Assembly: GCA_010909165.1 (NCBI GenBank)
Contig: MU008181.1
Location: forward strand, 248,001 to 312,000
Source of the DNA: Anthoceros angustus
Lineage: Eukaryota > Plantae > Anthocerotophyta
Direction: 5' to 3'
DNA length: 64,000 nt
In this document: positions 11,983-23,362 of the stretch, in pieces
Position numbering within the stretch: position 1 is the stretch's first letter
Layout: every line of letters begins with the position of its first letter
Position numbers and translations under genes: made by a program
Notes under the pieces: model-generated
What the model was told of the DNA's origin: nothing
The model's database searches: none
Seen by the model: the letters and a program-made list of their open reading frames with translations, nothing else

Positions 11983-12125
11983 ATTCCTAGAACAGCTGAG
12001 GAGTATTTGAATTTTTGACTTATGGAAGGCGCAATTCGGCTTCCGGCCTCAGCTGAGGACATGCCCGATTCCCCACTGGTGTCGGTGGGGTATGTACTAT
12101 AGGAATAATTAGGGTACAAACTTCG

Positions 12126-12396
12126 CTAGCTGAACGTCCTTAGCATTACCTTCAGCAACGCGATCAAGATTAGAGCTATGGTTGGCAACGTTGCTTGGAA
12201 GGACATGATTCCAACGACTATGACCAACAGACCCAAGGCAACTGCCAGATATCTCTGTCAGCAGGCCCTTCACAGAGAGAATCTGGACATCGAGAATCTG
12301 CCATTGAGCAAAGAAGACACTGCCAAGTATCCCGTTCAACAGAATCTTCGCTTCGGCTTCGAGTGCTGCGAACCCCACTGCTGCCACACAAATCTG
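12126..12396 (-). pseudogene. Decayed tandem copy of the last exon of the V-ATPase c'' gene
   Basis: Acceptor gttgtcttgttgcag|ATTTGTGT mirrors the real gtggttgtctcgcag|AATTTGTGT. The peptides ICVAAVGFAALEAEA and LSVKGLLTEISGS/ALGLLVIVVGIMSFQATLPT align with [15 protein letters not shown] and [34 protein letters not shown]. The copy is frameshifted. Confidence 0.75.
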
Positions 12397-12582
12397 CAAC
12401 AAGACAACATCACGATCAACCATCTCCGAGTCGAACAGAGTTTTGGGAAAATTCATGGTAGAGGTGGCCACTGAGCTCGGCATATGAGCAGGACTTAACA
12501 TAGGGAAACCCTGAATAAAATTCTGCTGAGCTGTTTGTTATACCATGACGAAAGCCTCGTCCACACTGATCCACCTTCAAGC

Positions 12583-13386
12583 TCAGCTAACAGCAGTGGT
12601 TGGCCACTGTGCTTGGGAGGACACAATAATTCCGACAATGACACCAAACAGACCCAAGGCACTGCCAAAGATCTCGATGACCAGAATCTTCACATAGAGA
12701 GTTGAATTTTGAGCATCCGCCAATGCACAACTGCTGCCGATAATTCCTACACAAATTCTGCGAGACAACCACAACATGGTCACCATACTGCTGGATTTCA
12801 TCAGCAAAGAAAACGAAAAATTGCACCTGCTTCCGGTGGTACATACCCACACGCCAAATTGGCCAACCCGACGATGAGGCCGGAGCCAAATATTGCGTAG
12901 CCAGCATGCATTGATGTTGGAAGGTATAGGTTTTCGCTAGGTACACTCTCCAACTTTGTTTGCAGAATAATTGCCACGATGACTCCATAAATAGCAACTG
13001 CCTCACAAAAGATCACACTGCAAAACGCGCACATCTTCAGATCAGAGGGAAGGGAAGGGACACAGTTGCCCTGGTTCACGACGGCTGAAAATCCTGAGCA
13101 CCTCCTTACCTGACCAGATTTTTCGATGTGATCCGTGGGACTTTGATGGCAGCACCAATCAGACTGCTGCCAGTTATAAGCATCCCCCTGTTTTGAGAAG
13201 GCCAGGACAATCAGAAAACCGGCCAATTCCGATCCTCAGCCAAGCGAGCCAGCCAGCATAAGACCCGGGATTTTACCACGCTGCTCCCAAAACTGAGACC
13301 CCGATGGAGAGGGCAATCCCCATTGAAGCGTAGAAGTAGGGCGAGAGGTACTTCAACGACCCAATCCAAGAGTTCGGATCTGCCAT
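12583..13386 (-). CDS. VHA-c'': V-type H+-ATPase proteolipid subunit c'' (4 exons: 13386-13277, 13187-13110, 13017-12847, 12757-12583)
   Basis: The spliced product reads [84 protein letters not shown]...[46 protein letters not shown]. All three introns are GT-AG and in phase. Confidence 0.95.
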
Positions 13387-14114
13387 GGCGGAGCTGAAGA
13401 CGAATGCCCTGGATGATCACCACTCCGCCTCCAAGAGACCGGGATCGGGGGCCCTGCACTGCGCTGCGCTGTGCACCTGATCGCAACTTGCACAAGACAG
13501 AGGACGCTCGTGACAAGAGGAAGAAAACACTTATCAGCCGAGCTTCCTTTTTTAACCCAATACCCTACATGACCCGCTTTGAAACATTTCCCTTCGTCTC
13601 TCTTTCGACGATATTACGCTCCAAAATCCTCCATAAGGCTCCCACGATCGGCAGTGCTGTGTATCTCAAAGGATGTGCTGCAGCAGGGGCTGAAAGGGTT
13701 GTGGCAGCCTGCGTGTGGTGGGCTTCAGACACGTGCCCACAAATGGCCGAATATGGCAGGCCCACCAGTGTCTGTAGAGTACTACCATGATCTTTCGATT
13801 CCATTATGGCTCTAGAGCCGATGCAAGCGTCAGCCCGTGGGCTCACCATCACGGTCGGCTGCTGGATGAATTGCTGAAAGAACTGAGTTCAAAACTGAAA
13901 GTGAGTTCAGGTCCCTAATGGCTGCCAGCCAGATGCTTCAAGTTCGTGATTGAAACCACTGGCCGCGACAACAACAGCAGCTCCCAACCACTAGTCGTGA
14001 CAATCCACTGCAGCTTTGGAATACCGTGTCCGGTGGGTGAGGTTCGGTGCAGCTGCAGTGCCTCCAATAGGAGGCGTTTGAGTAGTGATGAGCTATCAAG
14101 GGTTAGAGTCAGAG

Positions 14115-14164
14115 CTGGCACTCTAACACCAGCACTGGCACTCTAACACCAGCACTGGCACTCT
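14115..14164 (+). repeat. 20-bp tandem repeat, 2.5 copies
   Basis: ctggcactctaacaccagca x2 plus ctggcactct. Confidence 0.9.
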
Positions 14165-14521
14165 GAAAAAGGATCATGCACCTGCCATACTCCGTCCATA
14201 AATTAGTTCCCAATATCCATCCTGTCCAGGTTTCGGAGCTCCTGAGCAGTTCTGAAAGCGAAGGGAAGGCCCATGCGCTGAAGGAGGGATCCACGTCTCA
14301 CCTTCACCTCCATGTTAGACGGTTTTACCACCTTCAAATCCTCTGTACCATAAAAAACACAGACCAAGCTTTTTAGACTCCTGAAGTCAACAGCAAGTAC
14401 CATGCCGGAAACAGCTTCTCCAGGGATGTTGATGGCACCATACCTAATAGGATCGGAGTCTGAAGCTCGAAAAGAATGCAAGCACCACGCCATCTCCGGC
14501 ATATGTGGTGCCAGCGGTATC

Positions 14522-15895
14522 CTATTGCTGCACAACTTCCACGGCCGGCAGATTACCAGGATCCTCGAGCTGCATTTGCTCACAAGTGCTCAGAGTAGTA
14601 GTATGCTCTAACGACGCCTCCACTTCACCATCGTTATCTCGAACCTCCTGGATGTCGCTGCTGTTAGGAGTAGTCGCTAGCTCTGACTCTAACCCTAGAT
14701 AGCTCATCGTCTGCCACACCCATTCAAATTGCCAAACAGACGCACAGTTTTCAACAACCGTGACCGAACCACCCTTCTCACTTTCATCTTCGGCTGCATC
14801 GACTGTAAATCTGCGGTGTCCCGAACAGGATGCTGCAAGGGGTAAGGTTGGATGAAATGAAAATCCGTTTACGGTGTCCAGAGCTCCTTGGAAACTCATC
14901 ACCCATGCACCTGTTTGGAGATCATACACATGCACCAGACCATCCTGACCTCCAGTCCCCAAGTATCTTCCTGACGACTCTATATCAAAAGCAATGCGTT
15001 GGTTGGTTTCCGCAGCTACTCTCGGCATCTTGTACACCACTCCAGCCGTGTGCCTTACATCCCAGCACAAAATGTTCGGGTCCTTCCTGCCTCCTGTGTA
15101 TAGGTAGTTTCCGTCCTTCGAAAACAAAACCTGCGTAACCCCACCTTCCTGTCCATGGAGCACAAAGAGCAGCTCTGCATTGTCCTCGGCATACAGTGCT
15201 GTTGTCCGATTATACGAACCAGCTGCTAGCAACCCTGCTTGGTAGGGATTAAACGCCAGGCACGATATAATACCCCGCTGTCCATCTTTGCTCTTGTTAA
15301 CCGTGGAATACTCATCGAAATCCCTTCCAGGCCTGGCAGCATCGAAGACCCTAAGCATCTTGTTGTAGCCGCAAAAAACTCTATTTCCCGCCGGATTAAA
15401 AGCAACAGAGTAGGCAGCTGCAATTTCATCCATGGCATCGTAGGCTCGGTAGCTGCACCGAAGCTCACCCGACACAGCATCCCAGAGGTGCACTGGATGG
15501 TCACGGCTGGTGCTTGCCACGAGGCAGCTTGTAGGATCTGCTGCAGTCATCCCCGGGTACCAGCTGAAGTCATACACGGTCTCTCCCTCCTGGACCCTCA
15601 AGGCGGCACCGTACGAGTCTTCAGCAGCTGCCGCCGCATCTTCCACGCATGAGCCGGCAGTTACATCCGCTGGGAGATCGAACACCCGGAGACTGTTGTC
15701 ATCGCTGCAAGTGCAAAAGCAGGAGCCATCTGGAGCCCACTTGACCCCTTTAAGGAAATTGTTGGCTGGCTGCCCCTTCTTCTCAGGCTGCTTGAACTGA
15801 GCATGGAAATGGTAGCGCCGGGAGGGAGAACGTTCCACATCGATCACAGCCAAGTACAGCGCATTGTCCCCGGCTTGGTCCTCGGCTTCCCCCAT
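14522..15895 (-). CDS. WRAP53: WD40 protein, telomerase Cajal body protein 1 (TCAB1/WRAP53/WDR79) homologue, single exon
   Basis: NNFLKGVKWAPDGSCFCTCSDDNSLRVFDLP, EGETVYDFSWYP, TSRDHPVHLWDA, YRAYDAMDEIAAAYSVAF, HGQEGGVTQV and ETNQRIAFDIE are characteristic of the family. The first ATG is at 15895. Confidence 0.9.
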   Translation of the reverse strand: MGEAEDQAGDNALYLAVIDVERSPSRRYHFHAQFKQPEKKGQPANNFLKGVKWAPDGSCFCTCSDDNSLRVFDLPADVTAGSCVEDAAAAAEDSYGAALRVQEGETVYDFSWYPGMTAADPTSCLVASTSRDHPVHLWDAVSGELRCSYRAYDAMDEIAAAYSVAFNPAGNRVFCGYNKMLRVFDAARPGRDFDEYSTVNKSKDGQRGIISCLAFNPYQAGLLAAGSYNRTTALYAEDNAELLFVLHGQEGGVTQVLFSKDGNYLYTGGRKDPNILCWDVRHTAGVVYKMPRVAAETNQRIAFDIESSGRYLGTGGQDGLVHVYDLQTGAWVMSFQGALDTVNGFSFHPTLPLAASCSGHRRFTVDAAEDESEKGGSVTVVENCASVWQFEWVWQTMSYLGLESELATTPNSSDIQEVRDNDGEVEASLEHTTTLSTCEQMQLEDPGNLPAVEVVQQ

Positions 15896-16759
15896 CTCTC
15901 GGCATTCGCCGATCACAACCCTACCGAAACGCTTCGACGAGATCCAACGCAGGACGCGTTTTCCAACTATGTACTAAACGTCCTTTCGTGCTGGGAACTG
16001 GGTATGTACTCCCAATCGCTAATATGGATCGAGAGTACCTATCTATGGTTTGTGTTGTCTCTTCAAGAAGAAAGAAGAAAGAAGAGTTTGACTTTTGGCC
16101 CCCACGCCCTTTTGAAAGAATAGAATTTTTTTACATGATTGGATTTCTAACAAGTAATAGATGACTCGGTTGTAATTTGGATCGTGAGTTCTGGTCAAGA
16201 AAGCAAGTATGGCGCAGGGTTCGAGATGTGTGTGGGAACATATTTCTGTCGTGTATTGTATACATCGTTCCCGGCATCTTTCAAATTCCATGGTACTCTA
16301 CTGCACCTGGCACTGACGACATTGTGCAGGGAGTGCAGGAATAGGGGGGAGGCACTACCCGAGTACCTCCAGTAGTGGACGCAGGCTGAAGCCACGCCGT
16401 AAGCGTGGACAAGAATCACCCTGCTGCGATATGTAGTCCAGTAGGCCCTTTGAACTGTACGCTTGTGCATTGCAGGCTTTTTTGGGTGCAAGCCTTGTAT
16501 GTGTGCGACTATTTTCATGGAAGCCCTTCTCGGTTGGTCCTTCTGGTACAAGCTTGTTTCGGGGTAATTAGTGCTAAGTGAAACTGCACCCCCATAGACA
16601 GCAGGCCTAGGAAACGTTGCAGCCCGGTATGCACCTAATGCCAAACACTGCAGCCTTGCATGTAAGGGCAAACGCACTCAGCCACGCCGCAAACACAGAT
16701 GATGACTGCAGCGCAAACGCAATCGCAAACGGTAAGCCCAGCGCTAACGCAACCGCTGA

Positions 16760-17815
16760 CAACCCTAAAAAAATGTGGATGCCGCGTGACCAGAGATGGA
16801 ATATTGCGTGTCGCAATGGGCGGCAACGCAAATGACCTAAACGCAACCCTAAACCCGAGAGAAGAAAAGTTTCTGTGTATCGTGAAATCTTTTCGTGCAT
16901 CATGGGGTAGGTTGACGACATCGGACAGGGGCCCCGACCGATGTGGTCATGCGTGACATACCGAAATAGTTCCGCCATATGGCGGGACTATTTCTTTCTG
17001 TCCACAACCCTAAAAAAATGTGGATGCTGCATGACCAGATCGGTATTCCATACATACCACATTAGGCCGGGTAGAACTATATGGCTGAGAAAACTTTCTT
17101 GTCACACAACTTGGGTCATACTCATACTAGGGTACAACCGTATGGCTCATACAATTTTCTTGTCACACAATGGGTGTAGAATATGGAATACCGATATGGT
17201 TACTCGGCATCATGTGTGTGACTTTGTTTTTTTTTCGGTGTACGCTACGGAAATATGCCACGGCATCTTTCAGATACTTGCATACAATACACGTATAATA
17301 TGTGCCACATCAGCTTCATTAGGTTCCTACGCAGGGCAAAACCTTTTTATGACACTATCATAGGCCAGGTGTTCCAATTGTGTCATGCACATGTTTTCTT
17401 ATTTAGGGTTTTAGGATTTCGATCACACACATACATGTTAAACAAGCGGCCAAGACACACATACACAAATTTATGGCGCAAGTTTGGCCCACGTGCACGA
17501 TTCCCATTTCCTCAAGGCCTCGCTCTCGCTCTCGCATCTGCTTGGCGCTGACATATGGAGCCCCATACCGCAATGGCGCGGCAACGCAAATGACCTAAAC
17601 GCAATCCTAAACCCGAGAGAAGAAAAGTTTCTGTGTATCGTGAAATCTTTTCGTGCATCATGGGGTAGGTTGACGACATCGGGACACCGGGGGGCCGCAG
17701 CCCCAACCAATGTGGTCATGCGTGACATATAATTCCGCCATATGCGGCGGGACTATTTCTTTCTGTCCACAACCCTAAAAGAATGTGGATGCCGCGTGAC
17801 CAGATCGGTATTCCA
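16760..17815. repeat. Pair of ~240-bp direct repeats (~16813-17050 and ~17571-17815) around a ~520-bp spacer; a 38-bp sub-motif occurs three times
   Basis: gcaatgg..gcaacgcaaatgacctaaacgca...gggactatttctttctgtccacaaccctaaaa..atgtggatgc..gaccagatcggtattccata occurs twice. The motif caaccctaaaa(a/g)aatgtggatgc lies at ~16760, ~17005 and ~17769. Confidence 0.85.
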
Positions 17816-18339
17816 TAGTAGAAGTTTGATCTCGTAATGATGTTCTTTTTCCTGACCTTAGGGTTTTAAATTTTGGGTTTTAACATGCCAGCATTTTGCG
17901 TCCTATCACACATCCAATTCTTTTCTGGATGGTCTACCATCATGTTGATGTTCATGCTTGCCAAGCTGCTCATTATCCACATGCTGAGAGGTTTCTGGAT
18001 TGTGTGGCCGAGAGAGGGCGCTTGTTCCCACGCTTAAAGAGCCTGTGCCTCGCGGCGAGGAGGTGCGTCCCACTGCGCTAGGCCGAGGGGCGAAGGCCGA
18101 GTTGAAATCAGTGGTCGGCCTTGACGGTGGGTGATGGGTCTTTGCGTCTTTGCGTGCTCGTTGCGCTTCCACGAGCGCCCGCATCCGTGAGCGCGCCTCT
18201 TGTGGCGAGTGCGCCTCTTCCAAATCCATGGGCGACTGCTAAATGTGTGCGCATGCCTCAGTCTGCCTTGAGCTGCTGTTGCACCGGAGGAGGAGCCATC
18301 GTAGTCTCCTCCTACGGGCTATGGGCGACGGCCGGGGCT

Positions 18340-21300
18340 TGAGGCCACAAGCTGCACAGACAATGAGGAGGCGATCTCCTCCTCATCAAAGTCGCCAAAG
18401 ATAATAGCTTCGTTGGAGATGCCTGAGGCTTGCTGGGTCTGAAGGTAAGGCTAGTTGTGAGCTAGTTGTGCAGGCTGTGACTGATGTGTGTGTGGCTGTT
18501 ATGCAAGTACTAGGGCTGCACCCATCAAGATGTCATCGTCACTATCGTCTGGGTCTAAATTTTGTGGTGCTTCCACTGTCACTGAGCCTCGCATGTCTTC
18601 TAAGAAAGTCACATACCCTAAGTGATTAACCTTGTGAGTCTGTGGATGCATGATTTTAAAGCCTTTGATGCACGCCCTTGGTGAAGCCGATAAATATGTT
18701 CTTCCGTGCATGATCTTCTAACTTAGTTCTTATGGCTTCGGGTACGTGTGCATATACCAGAGAACCAAAGACCCTAAGGTTTGATAGGTCGGTTTTGTGC
18801 CTTGTCCATACTTCATAAAGAGTTTATTGTGCAAGAGCAGCCGTTACAGATTTGTTGATACGATAGACTGCGTGAGCACTAGCTAATACGATAGACTACG
18901 TGAGCCCTAGCTAATACGATAGACTGCGTGAGCCTTGGCTTCTAGCCAGTAGATTTTTGGTAAGTCGGCGTGTATCAGCATTGTCATTCCATAATCCTGA
19001 ACGGTTATGTTCATACGTTTAGATACCCCGTTTTGCTGAGATGTATGAGGAGTAGTAATCTGTTTGCTAATGCCATGTGATTTGCAGAATTGCAGGAAAT
19101 CACTTGAACCGTACTCTCCTCCTCCATCTGAGCGTATTGCAAGGAGTGTTTCTCCCCTTTGCTTCTCAACCCAAGGTGTATACTCCTGAAAACCGCTAAG
19201 TATTAGTGCTTGGGACTTGTGTTTCAGCAAATAAAGCACAGTAAAACTACTCATATCATCTATAATCAGCATGAAGTAAAGGTATCCGTGGATTGATCTT
19301 TTGAATGGTCCACAAATATTGGAGTGTACTAACTCCAGCCGTTTGGTGGATCTGGTTGTGGATTTAGGGAATGGAGCATAGTGACTTTCCCAAGTGAGCA
19401 TACTTAGCATACTCCAAAGTCCTCCACATTGTAAGTAAAATACTTTTAGCTGCACCTACAAATAACATCTGCTTCATTCTTTGTATGCGCATATGGCCAA
19501 GGCTTGCATGCCATACGTAGGATTTATTGTGCTTGGTTGCAGCAGATAGTGAGAAAGCAAGATTATGACATCTATCTATGTTGAGGTGATAGAGATAATT
19601 GTTCTTTAGGTCTCCGGTAGCAAGGAGCTCTCCTTGATGTGTCTCCACGACATAGTGACCTCCTCCAAAGCAAACGTAACATCTAGACTCATCGATCTTG
19701 CAAACTGAAAGTAGGTTTTTAGTCAGCCCTTGAACATGTAGTACGTATAAAATCTGGAGTGTACTTCCAGGTTTTAGGTTTAGATCTACTGATCCTTGTC
19801 CTTCTATAGTTTCTTTTGTCACCCAGGCTAAAGAATTGAGGAGGCTTGGAGGGTGTGTACTCTATGAAGTATTCCCTAAGCGGAGTCATGCACTGCGACG
19901 TCCCCAATTCACAATGAATGTTGGCCTTGGGCAGCTAAGCACAAAGCAACAAGTGCTGTTGGTGGTGAGTCTGTCCTAATGTTTTGTCGGCATAGGAATG
20001 CCTTGGAGTGTCGCTTTATAGTTAGTGTTAATTGTCTTGACGGCTCTAGTTTATCCCTCCTTTCATCGTTGTCTGCTATTCGTTTGCGGCATTCTTCATA
20101 GGTGTGGCCTGGTATCTTACAATAACCACACACTTTTCTTCATGTAGGATTATAGTTGCCTCTTGCTCTTGGGTAAGAGCCTCTACCCATGAATGTCTGC
20201 CCTTTGAAATTTGGCCTGCCTCTGCCTCTGAACCTGCGTCCTCCGATGAAGTAGGCAGCACTGAAGGATTCACTTCTGAAGGAAGATGCGAATACTTTTA
20301 TTCGACCTTCTTCCATTAGCATGTCGCTTATTTCCTTATTTCCTTATTTACTATAAGTGCTGTGACTCCTTGTAGGGATTGGACTGTAGAGATCCATGAT
20401 TCAGGCAAGGTGGTGAGCAATATTGCGGTTGATAGGTCTTTAGTTATAATGAAGCCGATTGCTTGGAATTTCGAAGTCCAGGCATGCTATGTGTGTCCAC
20501 CTGGTCTCCTTCCGACATTCTTAATACAAAGTAGTTTTTGATGATGTGGACAGCGTGCATGATATCGGATGCAGCATATATATCATGGAGTTGTTTTCAT
20601 GCAAGCTGTGGTTTTTGCCCCTTCTAGCTGCTGTACGTTTCGCAGTCTCATGCCTTGCATGATTACGTATTTGGCTTGCTGATTCTTCTCGTCCCATTCT
20701 TGTATTTGTGCAAGTGTTATGTCGGCGCCTGCTGCGCGAGGAATAAGAACTGGTGGAGAGCCATTCCCGCCTACGTGGTCCCATAGTTTCTTTTCTTTTA
20801 GTATGTTAGTGATTCTGAACTTCCAAAGAGAGAAGTTATGTTGTTGGCCATCGAAACGGTCTTCCTCAGAGAGATAGATCCCGAAGGAAGACATATTGTG
20901 TTGATTTGGTGTCTAAAGATAGATGGCGGTGTGTCTTAGGAGGCAATTGGTGTCAATCTGCATTGTAATTAGGACTCTGTGCGTTATGTGTATTATTTTA
21001 GCGTTTGGATGTGTTTGTTGAAGATTGGTTAGTTGCTTTATTTTGGAGTTTTGTAGGGCCTTAATTTCTAATGATAGAGGTTATATGAATAGGTTGTGTT
21101 GCCTACAAATTATATCTTAGTGGGTAAGGACCTTGTGTCTGATGTGTTGAGGCGAGATAGGTGAAGCGACATAAAAAAAGGATGTGAATTCCTTGATCAT
21201 TGTGGGTTTTGTGATTGTTCTTGTGTAAATAGGAATAGCACTTGAATGTAGGCCCAATCATATTCTTGGGGTTATAGATACCCTCGTAGAGATAACTCCT

Positions 21301-21514
21301 CTCCTATGAGGAGCAAGACTGAGCATGTTCTTATCCAGCCATAAACCCACAGGTTCTCATTGGTTTCTCTGTCATCTCTTTGCCATTCCAACTGTTGGTG
21401 AATTCTATTTGCTCTTCTTAGTAAGTGTTGTTGTCTTTGAGAGCCTGGTATGGCTTGGCAATATGCTAATCATGATTGTTTACCCCGGATTGGTGGTTGG
21501 TGGCTCTAATACCA
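18340..21514 (-). mobile_element. Ty1/Copia retrotransposon remnant (PBS, gag, zinc knuckle, protease region, integrase); no RT/RNase H or 3' LTR seen
   Basis: PBS TGGTATTAGAGC (tRNA-iMet type) at 21514-21503; gag RFDGQQHNFSLWKFRITNILKEKKLWDHV; CGYCKIPGHTYEEC; VLHVQGLTKNLLSV; VWHASLGHM; integrase LELVHSNICGP..IRSDGGGEY..TPHTSQQNGVSKRMN. Many stops and frameshifts. Confidence 0.9.
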
Positions 21515-23362
21515 TGATAATTTTATATTGCAGTTGGTTAGGGATTAAGCCTTCATGCTGGATTCATCCGAATAGTTCAAGTCATCTATAGTTACAAACA
21601 CACGATATGTGTGCCAGGCGTGCGACTCATCAAACTCCTAGCAATAGCAGAGAAAACATAGCATGTCGCAAAAGCTTGATTGAGGGATTTTAGTCTCGGG
21701 AAGCGCTTGCACTTTCTTGGGAGCCTTAGAGAAGAAAACTCAAAGTTTGCTACGCGTGTTAACGCTTTTTCTTCTCTTCTCGCCATCTTCCCATAGGAAA
21801 GATGGCCCAACAATATCATGCCAGTCCGCTAACGTCCAGCGAGTTGAGCCTGAATTGGCAAATCGAAGTCACTTTCGGAACAATACTTCCTACAGCTGAC
21901 ACGTGTCCAGCATACGTGAGGAAAACGTAAGTTGCTAGACTCCCCGCCTGCCATCGAGACTAAGAGGTAAGGCCATAATTGGCAGGGGAGTGGATTACTC
22001 ATTTCATTGGGGACAAGTGCACAAACGACAACTCCAAATGTCACAGCCTATAGGTGACACCGGCGAGATTCAGCTAAGCGGCAACCCAAGGAAACGCGCC
22101 GCTGTAAAAAATAGAGAGATAGATTTCTTTTTTTGCTATGCTTTTTTGATAAAGCGCGAAGCGGTTTCTCCTACGGCCTGGCGAGCAAAAACAAGGAGAT
22201 AAAAGAAATATCCGCACTTTCGAAAGTGCAGCGCGCCTTCATTCGCCGCGCTTGGAGAGGAGAACAAGTTTTTCTTCGAGAAAACGCAAAGAGAGAAAAA
22301 CCGTGTTATCTTCTCTCCTCTTTTTTCTTTTCCTGTTAGAGAACGCTATATGATATGCGTTTTCTTTTCTCGTTAGAGAATGCTACATGCGTTTGTTGCG
22401 CATCCTTATTCGCTTCGCAGCAGCGCAGCTTGAAGTCAGAAGGCCCATAGTACAATCCTAACCCTGTCAAAAGCGGGGCCGTGCAGACGGAAAGTGCAGA
22501 ACAACTAAGCGGAGGGAAAGGGGCCTATGTATCTGCATGATCTTTGCGGATTTTACTCTACACCATCCACGGAGTCCATCCCTCTTCCTAAGGGAAGTGC
22601 CTGCCACCATGCAAGATGGGATTGATGTTTGTGTGGACTTTTTTTGGATTTTCAGCTTTCGTAACGGCAGTGAAACCACCATCTTACCAGCAAAAGAAGG
22701 CGTAACATAGAATTATGATCACTGCCTACCTCAGCCGAAATACAGGATCGCACCCCACCTAAACTGGGAGGCCATGGACGGCACCATCCTATCCGAGTTA
22801 GAGGTTTTGAGAGGCGCCATGGAGGCATCCGACCTTTAATGTGTACAGGCAAGGCATTCTTAAGCGCTAAAGGTGAAACGACTCCTGGTTATAACCGTTC
22901 GCTATGTCCCTATTGGTAGCTAAAGCGAAACGTGCCCTAACTAGTGCCCTAACTCAGGTCCTCCACCGGTACGGGACCAGCCAGGTCATAAATGGGGCTG
23001 GATTGATGGGCTTCTTGTTTAACCCCTCTTGGAACGTTGCTTCCGGCAAAATCATTATATCGGTGGTGACCAATTTTTTCGCTGCAGTGGATGTGACTGT
23101 TCACTCCTTTGGCTCGCAGACTTGTTTGGGATTGTCCCTTAAGAGGCGGGAATGCATCTCCTACAGGCTAGGGTTGCTGATGGCGGATGTCCCATTCAGA
23201 CAGTTCAAAATCAAGGTGGATGTCCCGTCCCGGAGGACATCAGTCCCGTGATGACGTGGCCTGAAGGCCGTAATCTTGTCCATCTGGTATGCGTGTGAAA
23301 ACCCGTGGCATACATATCTTCCGGATTCACCTTAGAGACACCCTGTTTCGGCTTTGCTTCAT

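Noticed and set aside
16840-16856. AACCCTAAACCC as a possible telomerase RNA template, tempting because TCAB1 is nearby
   Set aside because: No USE/TATA lies upstream. It sits inside a duplicated repeat whose second copy is mutated (AATCCTAAACCC). Telo-box-like motifs are common.
16760-17815. TRIM (miniature LTR element) call
   Set aside because: No TG..CA ends, PBS, PPT or TSD were found, so it is kept only as an unclassified repeat.
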